Source of the DNA: Nitrososphaeraceae archaeon
GTDB taxonomy: Archaea > Thermoproteota > Nitrososphaeria > Nitrososphaerales > Nitrososphaeraceae
Assembly (NCBI GenBank): GCA_044870765.1
Contig: JBIOZG010000028.1
Location: 1-64,000 of the forward strand
DNA: 64,000 nt
Reading direction: 5' to 3'
This document shows, one piece after another, positions 20,714 to 30,736 of the stretch. Position 1 is the stretch's first letter, and every line of letters starts with the position of its first letter. Under the pieces are notes generated by a model that saw only the letters and a program-made list of their open reading frames with translations, made no database searches and was not told where the DNA came from. Position numbers and translations under genes: made by a program.

Positions 20714-20812
20714 AGTCTAAACACAAGCAACTGATGGGGCTTGGTTGTTTCTTATTCATCATTCGACCAGTTAGATGCCCATCAGTTGCTCAAACATTAT
20801 TTTTAAATCTTA
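20714..20812 (+). repeat. Hairpin repeat family, copy B
   Basis: Perfect 13-bp inverted repeat AGCAACTGATGGG (20726-38) / CCCATCAGTTGCT (20778-90); about 95 bp alignable to 36796-36892. Confidence 0.8.
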
Positions 20813-20908
20813 TGATCGAATTGCTAACTCTTATTTAATATTATATCATTTCAAAGTTTAATTTGAGAACACTCAGAAGTTTATCATATTTTTGAATTAT
20901 TTTATATT

Positions 20909-21371
20909 CTATTTTAAGAAAGGTTTCATTGTGCAATCTGGAGGAATAGGTCCTGTATTTGGACAGGTAGGAGGAGTTGCAAAATTTTCTTCATTCGTTG
21001 TTTATCTGGTTGTCCTTTGTTAAAAGACCACCTTTATTCAAAAAATCATTAGGAACTTTTGTATCGTTATTATTATCTATGATATTCGATTGTACTTTAG
21101 CAGTTAGTGCATCATTAAGGCCAGGAGGTATTGAGTTTCCTACTGCTGCTTTGACTTTATCGCAACTCCAAGTTTTACCACCGTTGCTCGTCTTACACTC
21201 CCACGAAGTCATATCATCATCGTCATCAATCACGGTACAAATTGTAGTTATTTTACTGGTAGGAAAACAACTCGTAATTGGAGCCGCTGATACAAAAAAT
21301 ATAGAAGAACTATAAATTCATGCAAAGAACATGGTTGATAGAATCCCAAATATCAAAAATCTCGTATCCAT
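20909..21371 (-). pseudogene. Disrupted secreted Cys-containing protein
   Basis: ATG at 21371 gives MDTRFLIFGILSTMFFA, TGA at 21320-18, then the frame continues into ORF 20991-21233; a shifted frame ends PPTCPNTGPIPPDCTMKPFLK*. Confidence 0.7.
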
Positions 21372-21473
21372 TTCCTAACCTTATTTCGTCAATCTATTAA
21401 GATTTCTCAATATGGTAATTTACATCGTTAAAATATTGCGTTTTTAGTTGAATTTATTCTAAAAATTATTGAA

Positions 21474-21728
21474 TTATTCTATATTATTACCTTTCAGGGC
21501 TATTCTAAGTGCATCCAAAAGGTCATCATAAGAAGTGATATCTTTCTTTAGGTTTAATTCTTCAGCGTATGCCGTTCTTAGTGATGTTAACAACTTATCA
21601 TGTTTCTCTTCTATTGCCAAGTATTGCTTTGTAATCACAGCGTGTAAGTTAGATAACATATTACGATGTTCAATTGAAAAATTAACCGTCGATAAAACTG
21701 CAATGAACGTTTCATTTTTTATTGTCAA
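21474..21728 (-). CDS. Small helical hypothetical protein
   Basis: 84-aa ORF, TTG start. Confidence 0.45.
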   Translation of the reverse strand: MTIKNETFIAVLSTVNFSIEHRNMLSNLHAVITKQYLAIEEKHDKLLTSLRTAYAEELNLKKDITSYDDLLDALRIALKGNNIE

Positions 21729-21837
21729 TTTGTAGGGTCCTGTTATAATACATGGAAGAATTTCTTGATAAATTAGTTATCGAAATAGACTGTATACACT
21801 TTGTAATTCATATATTTGATTACTTTGCAATCAAATT

Positions 21838-22257
21838 ATGGTAACTTTCCACACGGCTAGAAAAATAAATGCTCCCGTTTCTGAGGTTTGGAAAATACTA
21901 TCGGATGTTGACAGAGAGCCAGAATTTTGGCATGGCACTAAATCAATTAGAAATTTAAGCAAAACTGAAAAAGTAGTTGAAAGAGAAGTTGTAATTGCAT
22001 TCAGAAATTCAACATGTAAAGAAAAAGTCACAATTGAGCCGATGAAATCCATAACTACTGACATTATAGACGGACCACTAAAAGGAAAGAAAGTAGTTTT
22101 ATTGAATCCGGACGGCCAACACGCAAGTATGGTCAACGTAGAATGGGACATTAGATTGTCAGGTTTTGTGGGAGTTTTTTCAAAAATGGTACAAAAGCAT
22201 ATTCTTGAAGGTACTAATCAGGCGCTTGAAAGAATCTCCAAAGTCACAGAAAAATAA
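21838..22257 (+). CDS. SRPBCC/START (polyketide cyclase-like) protein
   Basis: INAPVSEVWKILSDVDREPEFW motif. Confidence 0.85.
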   Translation: MVTFHTARKINAPVSEVWKILSDVDREPEFWHGTKSIRNLSKTEKVVEREVVIAFRNSTCKEKVTIEPMKSITTDIIDGPLKGKKVVLLNPDGQHASMVNVEWDIRLSGFVGVFSKMVQKHILEGTNQALERISKVTEK

Positions 22258-22430
22258 CAATACTTTTTTTAAATTCAATTATCTAGATCTTTATTACTCT
22301 GTGAATGTTAGCCTTGTTGAAACATTTATTAATATTTCTAACTTATTCATACTGGGTAGACAAATGAATCCGGCTTTAGATTAATTTGAATTTTGATAAA
22401 TTTTTTTTTGCGCCCAAGATTGCATTTATG

Positions 22431-24185
22431 TTATTTAAGTCGTTTCAATAGATCATCAACATTTGAGGAATTAATAACATCAATCTTTTTTGCCCATCCC
22501 CTTCTTGCCTGACCTACGCCAAATAATAGGTAGGCAAAATGGATGGGATGATGTGCATCAGAATTTATTGCAAGTTTCACGCCATTGTTTACTGCCAAAC
22601 GGATATGTTCGTCCCTCAAATCTAATCTATCATAATTAGAGTTGATTTCCAGAATAGTTCTAGTCTCACATGCAGTATCAATTAACTTTTCAATATCTAT
22701 AGAATATCCTTCCCTTTTGTTTATCAATCTGCCCGTAGGATGAAATATAATATCCACACTTGGGTTTTTTGCCGCCTTGATGAGCCTTTCGGTTTGAATC
22801 TCCTTTGACAGGGAGAAATTTGAATGTATAGATGCTCCAACAACATCCAGCTTGTCGAGTATATTATTTGGTATATCCAGGCCACCATCTTTGAGAATGT
22901 CAACTTCGACAGAACTCAAGATCCTAAACTTGGTACCAGTTAAATCTTCGTTTATAACATCGTTTATTTCTTGTATCTTATCGATTTGATTTAACAGTTG
23001 GTTCTCATTCAAACCATTCGCCAATCGAAGACTCTTTGTGTGATCGGTAATTGCAATGTAATTCAGTCCAAATTTTTTTCTTGCATGTAATGCCATATCT
23101 TCTATCGACATAGTACCGTCAGTATTATCAGTATGTGTGTGAAGGTCTCCTTTCAGATCCCCGTAATCTATTAGGTCTAATTTATGGTTCTGATCCTTAG
23201 AAAAGAATTGAATTTCGCCAAGATTTTCCCTAAGTTCAGGTGGGATATATTGAAGCCGGAGGTTTTGATAAATTTCCCTTTCATTAGTACCACCAATTTT
23301 CTTTCTTTTTTTATCGAATAATCCCCATTCATTAAGATGTAGACCCATTGAAATTGCCAGGTTACGCAGAGAAATATTATGTTCCTTATTGCCAGTAAAA
23401 TATTGGCAAGCAGATCCGAAACTTCCTTCTGGGACGACTAGCAAATCCACATCTATTCCGTTCCGAAGTTCAACGAATGCTTTTGTCTTGCCTTGACCTT
23501 TAATTTCCTCAACCTCGGACATCATTACAAAAAAGTTGATTACTTTTTCTGGTTCATCTGTTGACACCACAATGTCAATATCTCCAATGGTTTCTTTCAT
23601 CCTTCTGAAGGATCCTACGACCGCGCAATGAATCACACTAGCCTGACCTGTCAACCGATTTTCAATTTTTTTAATCAGTGGAAAAATATCTCCCAATAAA
23701 AACCTGCTATTATCTACTTTTGATAATTGAATTGTCTTGAGTATTTTTTCTTCTTTGATCTTTGAAAAGCCTTTTAGTTTGGCAATTTTTCCTTCTGATG
23801 CTGCTATCTGCAGCTCTGATAAATTCTTGATTTTCAATTTGTCGTACAATATTTTTATCGTCTTTGGACCTATTCCTTTCATGTTAATAAAATCAGAAAC
23901 TCTGATTGGCATTTTCTTTCTTAATTCCTCATGGTAAGCAATTTTGTTTGACTTGATTAGCTCCTCTATTTTTGAGGAAATAGCACTTCCTATCGATGGT
24001 AAATCTCTAAGGCCCTTAATTCCATTTTTATTATATATCTCTACAACACTGGTGGACAAACCTTCGATCATGTCAGCAGCCTTTTCATACGCTCTTACTT
24101 TGAAGATAGTATTGGGATCATCTTCAGTTATCTGGATAAGATATGAGATTTCGCGCAATATTTTAACAATTTCGATGTTCTTCAT
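22431..24185 (-). CDS. polX: DNA polymerase/3'-5' exonuclease PolX (PHP domain)
   Basis: GSFRRMKETIGDIDI, YFTG, GDLHTHT..TDG, AITDH, NSDAH. Confidence 0.95.
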   Translation of the reverse strand: MKNIEIVKILREISYLIQITEDDPNTIFKVRAYEKAADMIEGLSTSVVEIYNKNGIKGLRDLPSIGSAISSKIEELIKSNKIAYHEELRKKMPIRVSDFINMKGIGPKTIKILYDKLKIKNLSELQIAASEGKIAKLKGFSKIKEEKILKTIQLSKVDNSRFLLGDIFPLIKKIENRLTGQASVIHCAVVGSFRRMKETIGDIDIVVSTDEPEKVINFFVMMSEVEEIKGQGKTKAFVELRNGIDVDLLVVPEGSFGSACQYFTGNKEHNISLRNLAISMGLHLNEWGLFDKKRKKIGGTNEREIYQNLRLQYIPPELRENLGEIQFFSKDQNHKLDLIDYGDLKGDLHTHTDNTDGTMSIEDMALHARKKFGLNYIAITDHTKSLRLANGLNENQLLNQIDKIQEINDVINEDLTGTKFRILSSVEVDILKDGGLDIPNNILDKLDVVGASIHSNFSLSKEIQTERLIKAAKNPSVDIIFHPTGRLINKREGYSIDIEKLIDTACETRTILEINSNYDRLDLRDEHIRLAVNNGVKLAINSDAHHPIHFAYLLFGVGQARRGWAKKIDVINSSNVDDLLKRLK

Positions 24186-24317
24186 TTTACATTTGAGGAG
24201 ATATATGTAACTGAAACGTAATAATAAATCTAGTCTTTACCGTGCCTGACTGCAATAAAATGAATTTGAAGTGTTTTTTCCATATAAGTTAAATTGTATT
24301 AAGGTGTCATATCTGTC

Positions 24318-25202
24318 ATGATTGAATTAGGATATGATTATCCTCTATACAGACCGCCCTCTGAAGCTAATTCGGTTATTTTCCAGGTTACTTTGGGATG
24401 CTCATTTAACAAGTGTTCATTTTGTAATATGTATAGAACCAAAGAATATTCTGAGAGGCCATGGGAAGAAATTAAGAATGAGATAGATCTTGTTTCAAAA
24501 TCGTATCCGGAAACTGAAAAGATCTTTTTAGCGGATGGAGACGCTTTAAACCTCTCTACATCAAGATTAATACAAATATTGGATTATCTAAAAGGAAAAT
24601 TTCCAAACCTAAAGAGAATTTCGTGTTATGCCATGCCAAAAAATCTTCTTCAAAAAAGTTCCGATGAGCTTAACCTGCTTAATAGTCGAGGTCTGAATAT
24701 GTTTTACGTTGGCATAGAAACTGGACACGATATAGTTCTGAAAAAAATTACCAAGGGGGCCACTGCAAAAAGTATTATTGAGGCATGTAAGAGGGCCAAA
24801 GAAAGTGGATTTATTCTCTCATGTATGGTAATACTGGGCATCGGAGGGAAAAAATATTCTGTAGAGCACATCAAGGAAACAGCTAGAGTAGTTAGTGAAG
24901 TTTCACCAAGTTTTCTGGCCGCGTTAACTCTAATTCTCGAAGATGGTGTATACGATGAGTTTATGCAAAAATTTGGCGAAGAGTTTGAACCGTTGGACGA
25001 TACTTCCATACTGGATGAACTTGAAATACTGGTGAGTAACATTAAACCATCTGCATCTGTAGTTTTTAGAGCTAATCATGCCTCAAATGTATATTCTATT
25101 GGTGGTAATTTGCCTGACGATAAGGATAAAATTCTTTCATTGGTAAGAAGCCTTAGGGGACACCCAGAATTACTAAAGCCAAAAGTAATGCGCAGATTCT
25201 GA
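24318..25202 (+). CDS. Radical SAM protein (YRPPSEA...CxxxxCxxC subgroup)
   Basis: LYRPPSEA, GCSFNKCSFCNMY, FLADGDAL, ANHASN. Confidence 0.88.
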   Translation: MIELGYDYPLYRPPSEANSVIFQVTLGCSFNKCSFCNMYRTKEYSERPWEEIKNEIDLVSKSYPETEKIFLADGDALNLSTSRLIQILDYLKGKFPNLKRISCYAMPKNLLQKSSDELNLLNSRGLNMFYVGIETGHDIVLKKITKGATAKSIIEACKRAKESGFILSCMVILGIGGKKYSVEHIKETARVVSEVSPSFLAALTLILEDGVYDEFMQKFGEEFEPLDDTSILDELEILVSNIKPSASVVFRANHASNVYSIGGNLPDDKDKILSLVRSLRGHPELLKPKVMRRF

Positions 25203-25347
25203 TGTTAACAACTAACGCAATAGATCGACGGATTCAATAGGAAGATTCGGAGCACATGAAGCACATATCGAAGAACTTAAGTTTTGTCGATTTATTTATC
25301 ATGTGTAGTTCTATAGCACATATGAACTAGGTAGAAAAACAGAAACA

Positions 25348-25414
25348 AACAACTGGTGACAGGATGTGTCTGTTACTGGACAGGAACAAACAATAAATCC
25401 GTCCACCAGTTGTT
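25348..25414. repeat. Hairpin repeat family, copy C
   Basis: 11-bp inverted repeat AACAACTGGTG (25348-58) / CACCAGTTGTT (25404-14). Confidence 0.7.
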
Positions 25415-25765
25415 GTTGAAGCGTTAACTTTCTTTGTTCAACAAACTATAAAACACTTGTAAACCTGTTTCAATAAATAATTATTTACAAATAATTATGT
25501 TCAAGTGAAACAAATATGCAAGTACTAAATGAATGCAGTAAGGCTTGCTTTAATTTTTATAATTGATACACTCTAGTCGCACCAGGCAATAGTACGACTG
25601 TTGTCTTCACAAATTCTTGAATCAATAGAAAACAGATTTAAATTTTGCCTGGCCATAAATGGAATACCAGATAACTATCTTTTGAAATAAAATTTAGGGG
25701 AGATCTCGTATCAGTAAAATCAATGAATAAAGGCAGTAGAATACAGATCTGTTAATTTCTTTTAG

Positions 25766-26056
25766 TTATTGCAGGAAGAATAATACCAAAATGGCGAGTG
25801 TGGAAGAGGGAATAATTATGTCTGCAAATGGGTTATCCAGTGTTAATGCATGTTCAAAGTTTTCATATATCAAAAAAACCCCAAATAATGAGAACGCAGT
25901 GATAGCATATAACAATCTCTTTTGAGGATTTTTCCTATAAGCAGAAATAGATAATGATAATAATATAAGAGAAAACGCAGAACCTATGACATATAGGATA
26001 ATCTCAATTAGATCACCGATAGGGACTTGTTGAATCATTGAAAAGATTAGTCCCAT
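25766..26056 (-). CDS. Small 3-TM membrane protein
   Basis: SISAYRK...RLLYAITAF pattern of small archaeal membrane proteins. Confidence 0.65.
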   Translation of the reverse strand: MGLIFSMIQQVPIGDLIEIILYVIGSAFSLILLSLSISAYRKNPQKRLLYAITAFSLFGVFLIYENFEHALTLDNPFADIIIPSSTLAILVLFFLQ

Positions 26057-26138
26057 TTAACTATGAATTCTCCATGAAAGTACTATGTCTTTCAATTTTC
26101 AAATGCCTGGAAAAATGGTTCTATTATTTTGTGACGAT

Positions 26139-27215
26139 TTAACCAACCGAACTATCAAATCTATCAAGAACTTGGTTTTCCATATTAAGGAACCATCCTA
26201 CAAAATGCTTTGAATTTATGTTATTCAAATTAAGATCTATAATCGTAATTCCATTTTCACCCGTAATGCATTTTACACAATCATTTCCCTGCCATGTATC
26301 AGATTCTAATGGGTACATGCTGGACCCAGTGTCGTGTGTTCCTGTACCAAATACACCATACATCAAGCCGTGAATGTTGAATCTCTGATAGTTATGGTTG
26401 TGGGCTTCTAATACGCCATCAATTCCGCCTGCTCTAAATAAAGGATCGTAACAATCAAACTCACCATTAGGAGGATGCTCACTTTTTACAGTCACAAACG
26501 GTTGATGGACGACTGCGAATTTGAACCATGCCTTGCTTGATTGAATTTGAGACTTTAAAATGTCGAACTGTGGACTGGTACAATCAAAATTTATATTTGC
26601 GTCAATATTGAATAAAACAAGTTTATTACCCGAAAAATCAAACATGACTTGTCCAAAAGTCCTATTGTTATCTAACCACATCATCACTTCGTTTCCAGTA
26701 TCGTGATTTCCAACAACTATGTCAGTATTTGCTTTTGTAAATCCATGAGATTGAAAGTTAGATAATACCTCCTTTCCATTAGTATACTCAAAATCTCCTG
26801 GTATTATCAATGCCTGGACATTGTAGCGATTTGCGATTTCCAACTGTGTTGTTAATCCTTGATTGGAGTCAATGTCACCAACTATCCCAATTCGTAGCGT
26901 CTTTGATTTGTTAAAATTAGCAGCCGGAATTCCTACTGAGGATGATTCAACTGAGCAACTTTCATCAACAAGTCCGTTTAAATCATTGTCCTGTCGGTCT
27001 TCACAAACCTCTGACTGTGGTATTACGACTTGTTGACTATTTATGTTTTTATTTGTCTCAAAGGCGGTAACAAAATAATGGTTGACATATTTATTATCTA
27101 ATATCGAGCTAGTAGTTGCAGACCCTAAGACAATAGGTGAAAACAGGATAGTAACATAGATTAAATTAATTAATGAAAAACAAATGATAAACAATAAGAG
27201 TGCAAAATGTTTCAA
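26139..27215 (-). CDS. Secreted calcineurin-like metallophosphoesterase with a short Cys/Asp metal-binding repeat
   Basis: GD, PGDFEY, GNHD, VHQP, AHNHNYQR; EVCEDRQDNDLNGLVDESC. Confidence 0.85.
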   Translation of the reverse strand: MKHFALLLFIICFSLINLIYVTILFSPIVLGSATTSSILDNKYVNHYFVTAFETNKNINSQQVVIPQSEVCEDRQDNDLNGLVDESCSVESSSVGIPAANFNKSKTLRIGIVGDIDSNQGLTTQLEIANRYNVQALIIPGDFEYTNGKEVLSNFQSHGFTKANTDIVVGNHDTGNEVMMWLDNNRTFGQVMFDFSGNKLVLFNIDANINFDCTSPQFDILKSQIQSSKAWFKFAVVHQPFVTVKSEHPPNGEFDCYDPLFRAGGIDGVLEAHNHNYQRFNIHGLMYGVFGTGTHDTGSSMYPLESDTWQGNDCVKCITGENGITIIDLNLNNINSKHFVGWFLNMENQVLDRFDSSVG

Positions 27216-27490
27216 AGTAACGTGTTTAATTTGGATTAAATATAAAAAGACTTTAGTACAAGTATCAAATTCAAAAACAAAACATGATTCATTTATACAC
27301 TTGTATTACTAAAATTGAGTACATTATTGCTAGAACCTAATCAAATTAGGTCGTTGATGGTCTTTTCTCTGTTTTTGGGCCAAATAAAGTGAAATCATCA
27401 AAAGGAACATTATGAATGCCAAAAAGGCTTTGTGCTATATTGTGGCACGTTTTTGTAAATTTATAGAATTTTATAAGTATGTTTTGTAAA

Positions 27491-28474
27491 TTAATTGCCG
27501 GAAACTTTTTTCTTTGTTATGACAAATTGGTCTTTTTTAGTCAAATTCATGTTCTCGTAAAATGTACCAGATAACCTTAAATCCTTTTTTGAACTTTTTA
27601 TATCTACATTCAGAAAGCCATGGCTTGCGAATTGTGCTGCGACGTAAGGGACAGTTCCGGTAAAGTTGTGTAATCCAGCACCCCCTGTACCTAATGTGAT
27701 AAATATGGGACCATTTGGTTGGTTATATTTAGTATCATGATTATATGAAATTTCAGGATAATGTAACGGAAAGAATGAGGATTCATTATATATTAGTGGA
27801 AACGTTCTTTGATAATTGTGATTGTGTGCCTGTAGTACAACATCTACACTGTAATTATCAAACAACGGATGATATGTATCTGTTAAATCCGGCTCCCCTA
27901 AATGTTCTGTAGGAGAAGAATAAAAAGGTCTAAATGAATATACAATTATCCATTCAATGTTTTTGTTATTGTGTGCGCTGCTTAGATCCTCCGCGACAAA
28001 GTTATATTGTTCAGATCCATGTTTGTATGGAATAATTGAATTTCTTGCAGTAGCCATTGCCAAGAAGTGAACGTTTTGATAATCAAAGGAATAATAGGGT
28101 TTTGTTATATTGAAATGTTGAAGATAATCGTTGTACTTTATCATCTTCTTCGTTAGATCATGAACTCCAATTGATATTTTGATCCTTCCAGGACTATCTA
28201 ATGGAGTTATACTGCTAAGCCAACACGCAGCCGATTTATCATAGGAAAGATCACCCAAGGCTATGACAATCTCGGGATCTTTCTCGGTCATTCCTTGAAT
28301 TGTTCTATTAGATTCATTGCCACAACCAAAGTCACCAGCAGCAACAAAATTGAAATCATGGATCTTTTCTGCTTTATCTTTAGTCTTTCCTGCGTTTTCT
28401 GCATAGGTTAAATTATAATAGCATCCAAGCATGACAAAAGCAAAAATGATGCAAAAACAGACACCGGCTGCCAA
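27491..28474 (-). CDS. Secreted metallophosphoesterase (purple acid phosphatase-like)
   Basis: AAGDFGC, LGDLSY, GVHD, AHNHNYQRT, GTGG. Confidence 0.85.
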   Translation of the reverse strand: MAAGVCFCIIFAFVMLGCYYNLTYAENAGKTKDKAEKIHDFNFVAAGDFGCGNESNRTIQGMTEKDPEIVIALGDLSYDKSAACWLSSITPLDSPGRIKISIGVHDLTKKMIKYNDYLQHFNITKPYYSFDYQNVHFLAMATARNSIIPYKHGSEQYNFVAEDLSSAHNNKNIEWIIVYSFRPFYSSPTEHLGEPDLTDTYHPLFDNYSVDVVLQAHNHNYQRTFPLIYNESSFFPLHYPEISYNHDTKYNQPNGPIFITLGTGGAGLHNFTGTVPYVAAQFASHGFLNVDIKSSKKDLRLSGTFYENMNLTKKDQFVITKKKVSGN

Positions 28475-28477
28475 AAT

Positions 28478-29530
28478 CTAATCAGTAAATGTTGGGGCAT
28501 ATACTAAAATTTTGTTATTCTTTCGATCCGATACATACACATCTCCATCAGTGTCTACTGCTAAATGTTCCGGGTCTTCTAATTGGCCAGCTCCTGCTCC
28601 GCCAGAACCAAATTTGGCTAGAAAACTACCATTACTATCGAACTTAAGTACACGTGGCTGCATACTGCAACCTGGATCTGATTGGGGGTCGGTTACGTAT
28701 ACATTATCATGTTTGTCTAATGCAAGGTGTTCAAGATGACAAAACTGATTATTTGCCGATCCTTTAGTTCCCCAAGCCAACAATGGCCTCCAATTACTGT
28801 CAAATTTCTGAATACGTTCGTTTCCTCTTTCAGTCACGAAAAAGTTACCTTTTGAATCTTGCTCAATAGTGGTGGGAAGATTAAACTCACCGGGTTTATT
28901 CCCTAATTCTCCAATGGCCCTTACAAATGTACCGTTTATGTCAAACTGTTGAATACGATTATTTTTGGAATCCGCCACATACACAAATTCTAAATTTCGA
29001 TCTACTTCCACGTGTCTTGGGTTATCAAATTTACCTAATTCACTGCTTGGATGACTAGCCTCGTTGCCGAATTTTGAAATAAAGTTACCCCTACTATCAA
29101 ATTGCTGTATTCGGTGGTTCCCCCTATCAGCAACCCAAACATGTCCTCTCGCATCAACATCTAGTCCATATGGTACCAAGAATTGTCCGTCACCTAGGCC
29201 TTTTGCTCCAAACGTAAAAAGATATGTACCGTTTTTATCAAATACTTGAATACGATTACCATCCCTGTCAACTGCATAAAGATATTTGTATTCATTGCTA
29301 AATTCTAGATCGTGAGGACGGAGAAATTCCCCCTTCCCAGTCCCCTTGGAACCCCATTCAGTAATAAATGTATAATTTTCTTGCTTTTTAGTTAGAGAGG
29401 AAGGTGTTTCCTGTGTTCCAGTAACAATATTAATACGAAGAATGATTACAAAAACAAAAAGTAATGCAATTGCAACATGAAAGGGACAAATTTTCATTCT
29501 GAAGATATTCTGAAGTAATTTGATTGGCAA
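28478..29530 (-). CDS. Secreted NHL-repeat 6-bladed beta-propeller
   Basis: Repeated G.G.GQF..P.GL.VD..G.VYVAD..N.RIQ.F. Confidence 0.9.
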   Translation of the reverse strand: MPIKLLQNIFRMKICPFHVAIALLFVFVIILRINIVTGTQETPSSLTKKQENYTFITEWGSKGTGKGEFLRPHDLEFSNEYKYLYAVDRDGNRIQVFDKNGTYLFTFGAKGLGDGQFLVPYGLDVDARGHVWVADRGNHRIQQFDSRGNFISKFGNEASHPSSELGKFDNPRHVEVDRNLEFVYVADSKNNRIQQFDINGTFVRAIGELGNKPGEFNLPTTIEQDSKGNFFVTERGNERIQKFDSNWRPLLAWGTKGSANNQFCHLEHLALDKHDNVYVTDPQSDPGCSMQPRVLKFDSNGSFLAKFGSGGAGAGQLEDPEHLAVDTDGDVYVSDRKNNKILVYAPTFTD

Positions 29531-29635
29531 CTATATAAGGTCTTTAGTATGAGTATCGAAGTATATCCAAATAATCCATATTCATGCGAAGTTATTGTAG
29601 CATTTATAAAGAACATCTTCTGCCTTTTGTAATAT

Positions 29636-30178
29636 ATGGCGAAGAATGTTTACTTGTACTCTGTGATTATTTCTGCAGCGTTGTTCTCGTTAATACTCCT
29701 TGGAACAACAGACACTTATGCGCAAAATGAAAAATTCCGAGCAAAATTAGACGGAAATAACGAGGTTCCACCGGTGGATACACCAGCAGAAGGTGTTATA
29801 AATTTCAAGACAAAGGATGATATCATGACCTGGAAAATGAATGTAACTGGAATAACTGATGCCACCGCCCTTGGTATCTACCAGGGAATGGCAACTGAGA
29901 ATGGGGAGCCAATAGTTGATTTAATGAAATCCAGCAAACATTCAGATAGCCTAACTGGAATGACAATGAGGGGCAATTTCACAGACTCTAATCTACAAGG
30001 TCCAATGGAAGGTAAGACATTAGCTGATCTTAAAACCGAGATGGGGAGTGGAAATACATATGTTAACGTTGGCACAACAGACCATCCCGATGGAATGATT
30101 AGAGGACAAATCAAGATTAAAGGTACTAACGATACAGCAACTGCGTCCCTGAATAATACTGGTACAAACACACAGTAG
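29636..30178 (+). CDS. Secreted CHRD-domain protein
   Basis: AKLDGNNEVPPV...YVNVGTTDHPDGMIRGQI. Confidence 0.88.
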   Translation: MAKNVYLYSVIISAALFSLILLGTTDTYAQNEKFRAKLDGNNEVPPVDTPAEGVINFKTKDDIMTWKMNVTGITDATALGIYQGMATENGEPIVDLMKSSKHSDSLTGMTMRGNFTDSNLQGPMEGKTLADLKTEMGSGNTYVNVGTTDHPDGMIRGQIKIKGTNDTATASLNNTGTNTQ

Positions 30179-30224
30179 AAGTCCGCCTAATTTTTTTATT
30201 TTTCTTTTTAATGACAATGTGTTA

Positions 30225-30315
30225 GTTCTAGGGATCAGAACAGTACAATTTTTAGATCCAGAACATTTGGCAATCAATAACTGTGGGGCTGTATATGTAT
30301 CAGATGGGAGAAACT
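30225..30315 (+). pseudogene. Relic of one NHL blade
   Basis: QFLDPEHLAINNCGAVYVSDGRN versus QLEDPEHLAVDTDGDVYVSDRKN at the C-terminus of ORF 28478-29530. Confidence 0.65.
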
Positions 30316-30327
30316 TTCTTAATTTAC

Positions 30328-30371
30328 CTGGTGGGAGTATTTTCCTCTCAACACTTCGTTATACCCATCAG
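30328..30371 (+). repeat. Hairpin repeat family, copy D
   Basis: CTGGTGGG / CCCATCAG with one G-U pair, followed by T8. Confidence 0.55.
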
Positions 30372-30399
30372 CTTTTTTTTATAATGTTTTTTGGCTTAT

Positions 30400-30513
30400 G
30401 TTAAGGACGTTTGCCAACTGGTGGGTTGTACTCATTAATCCACTTGTACGTTAAGGACGTTTGCCAACTGGTGGGTTGTACTCATTAATCCACTTCAGTA
30501 CTTCGCCACCAGT
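30400..30513 (+). repeat. Hairpin repeat family, copy E, with a 46-bp direct duplication (50-bp period)
   Basis: gttaaggacgtttgccaactggtgggttgtactcattaatccactt at 30400 and 30450; right arm CCACCAGT at 30506-13. Confidence 0.8.
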
Positions 30514-30736
30514 GAAACCTATATGTTGTTTTTCGTTCTGGCCGTTCTGATAATGATAGATAGTCGTAGCAGACAATCTAGATGGGTTTGGCACATGTCT
30601 CGATTCTTCCTGAGTTCATCCCTTTAAGAATCAAAATAATTACGTGGGAAAATTACCAATATTATGTTGGCCGGTGTATGTTATTCGACACCACCAAATA
30701 TAAATAATATATGGATTTCTCTTTTTCGATGACAGA

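Noticed and set aside
18093-24185. DinG plus PolX as an antiviral or type IV CRISPR module
   Set aside because: No cas or defence partner genes; the genes are unlinked and on opposite strands, and both fit ordinary repair roles.
30400-30495. Two 46-bp direct repeats as a mini-CRISPR
   Set aside because: Only 4 bp separate the copies and no cas genes are present; this is a simple tandem duplication.
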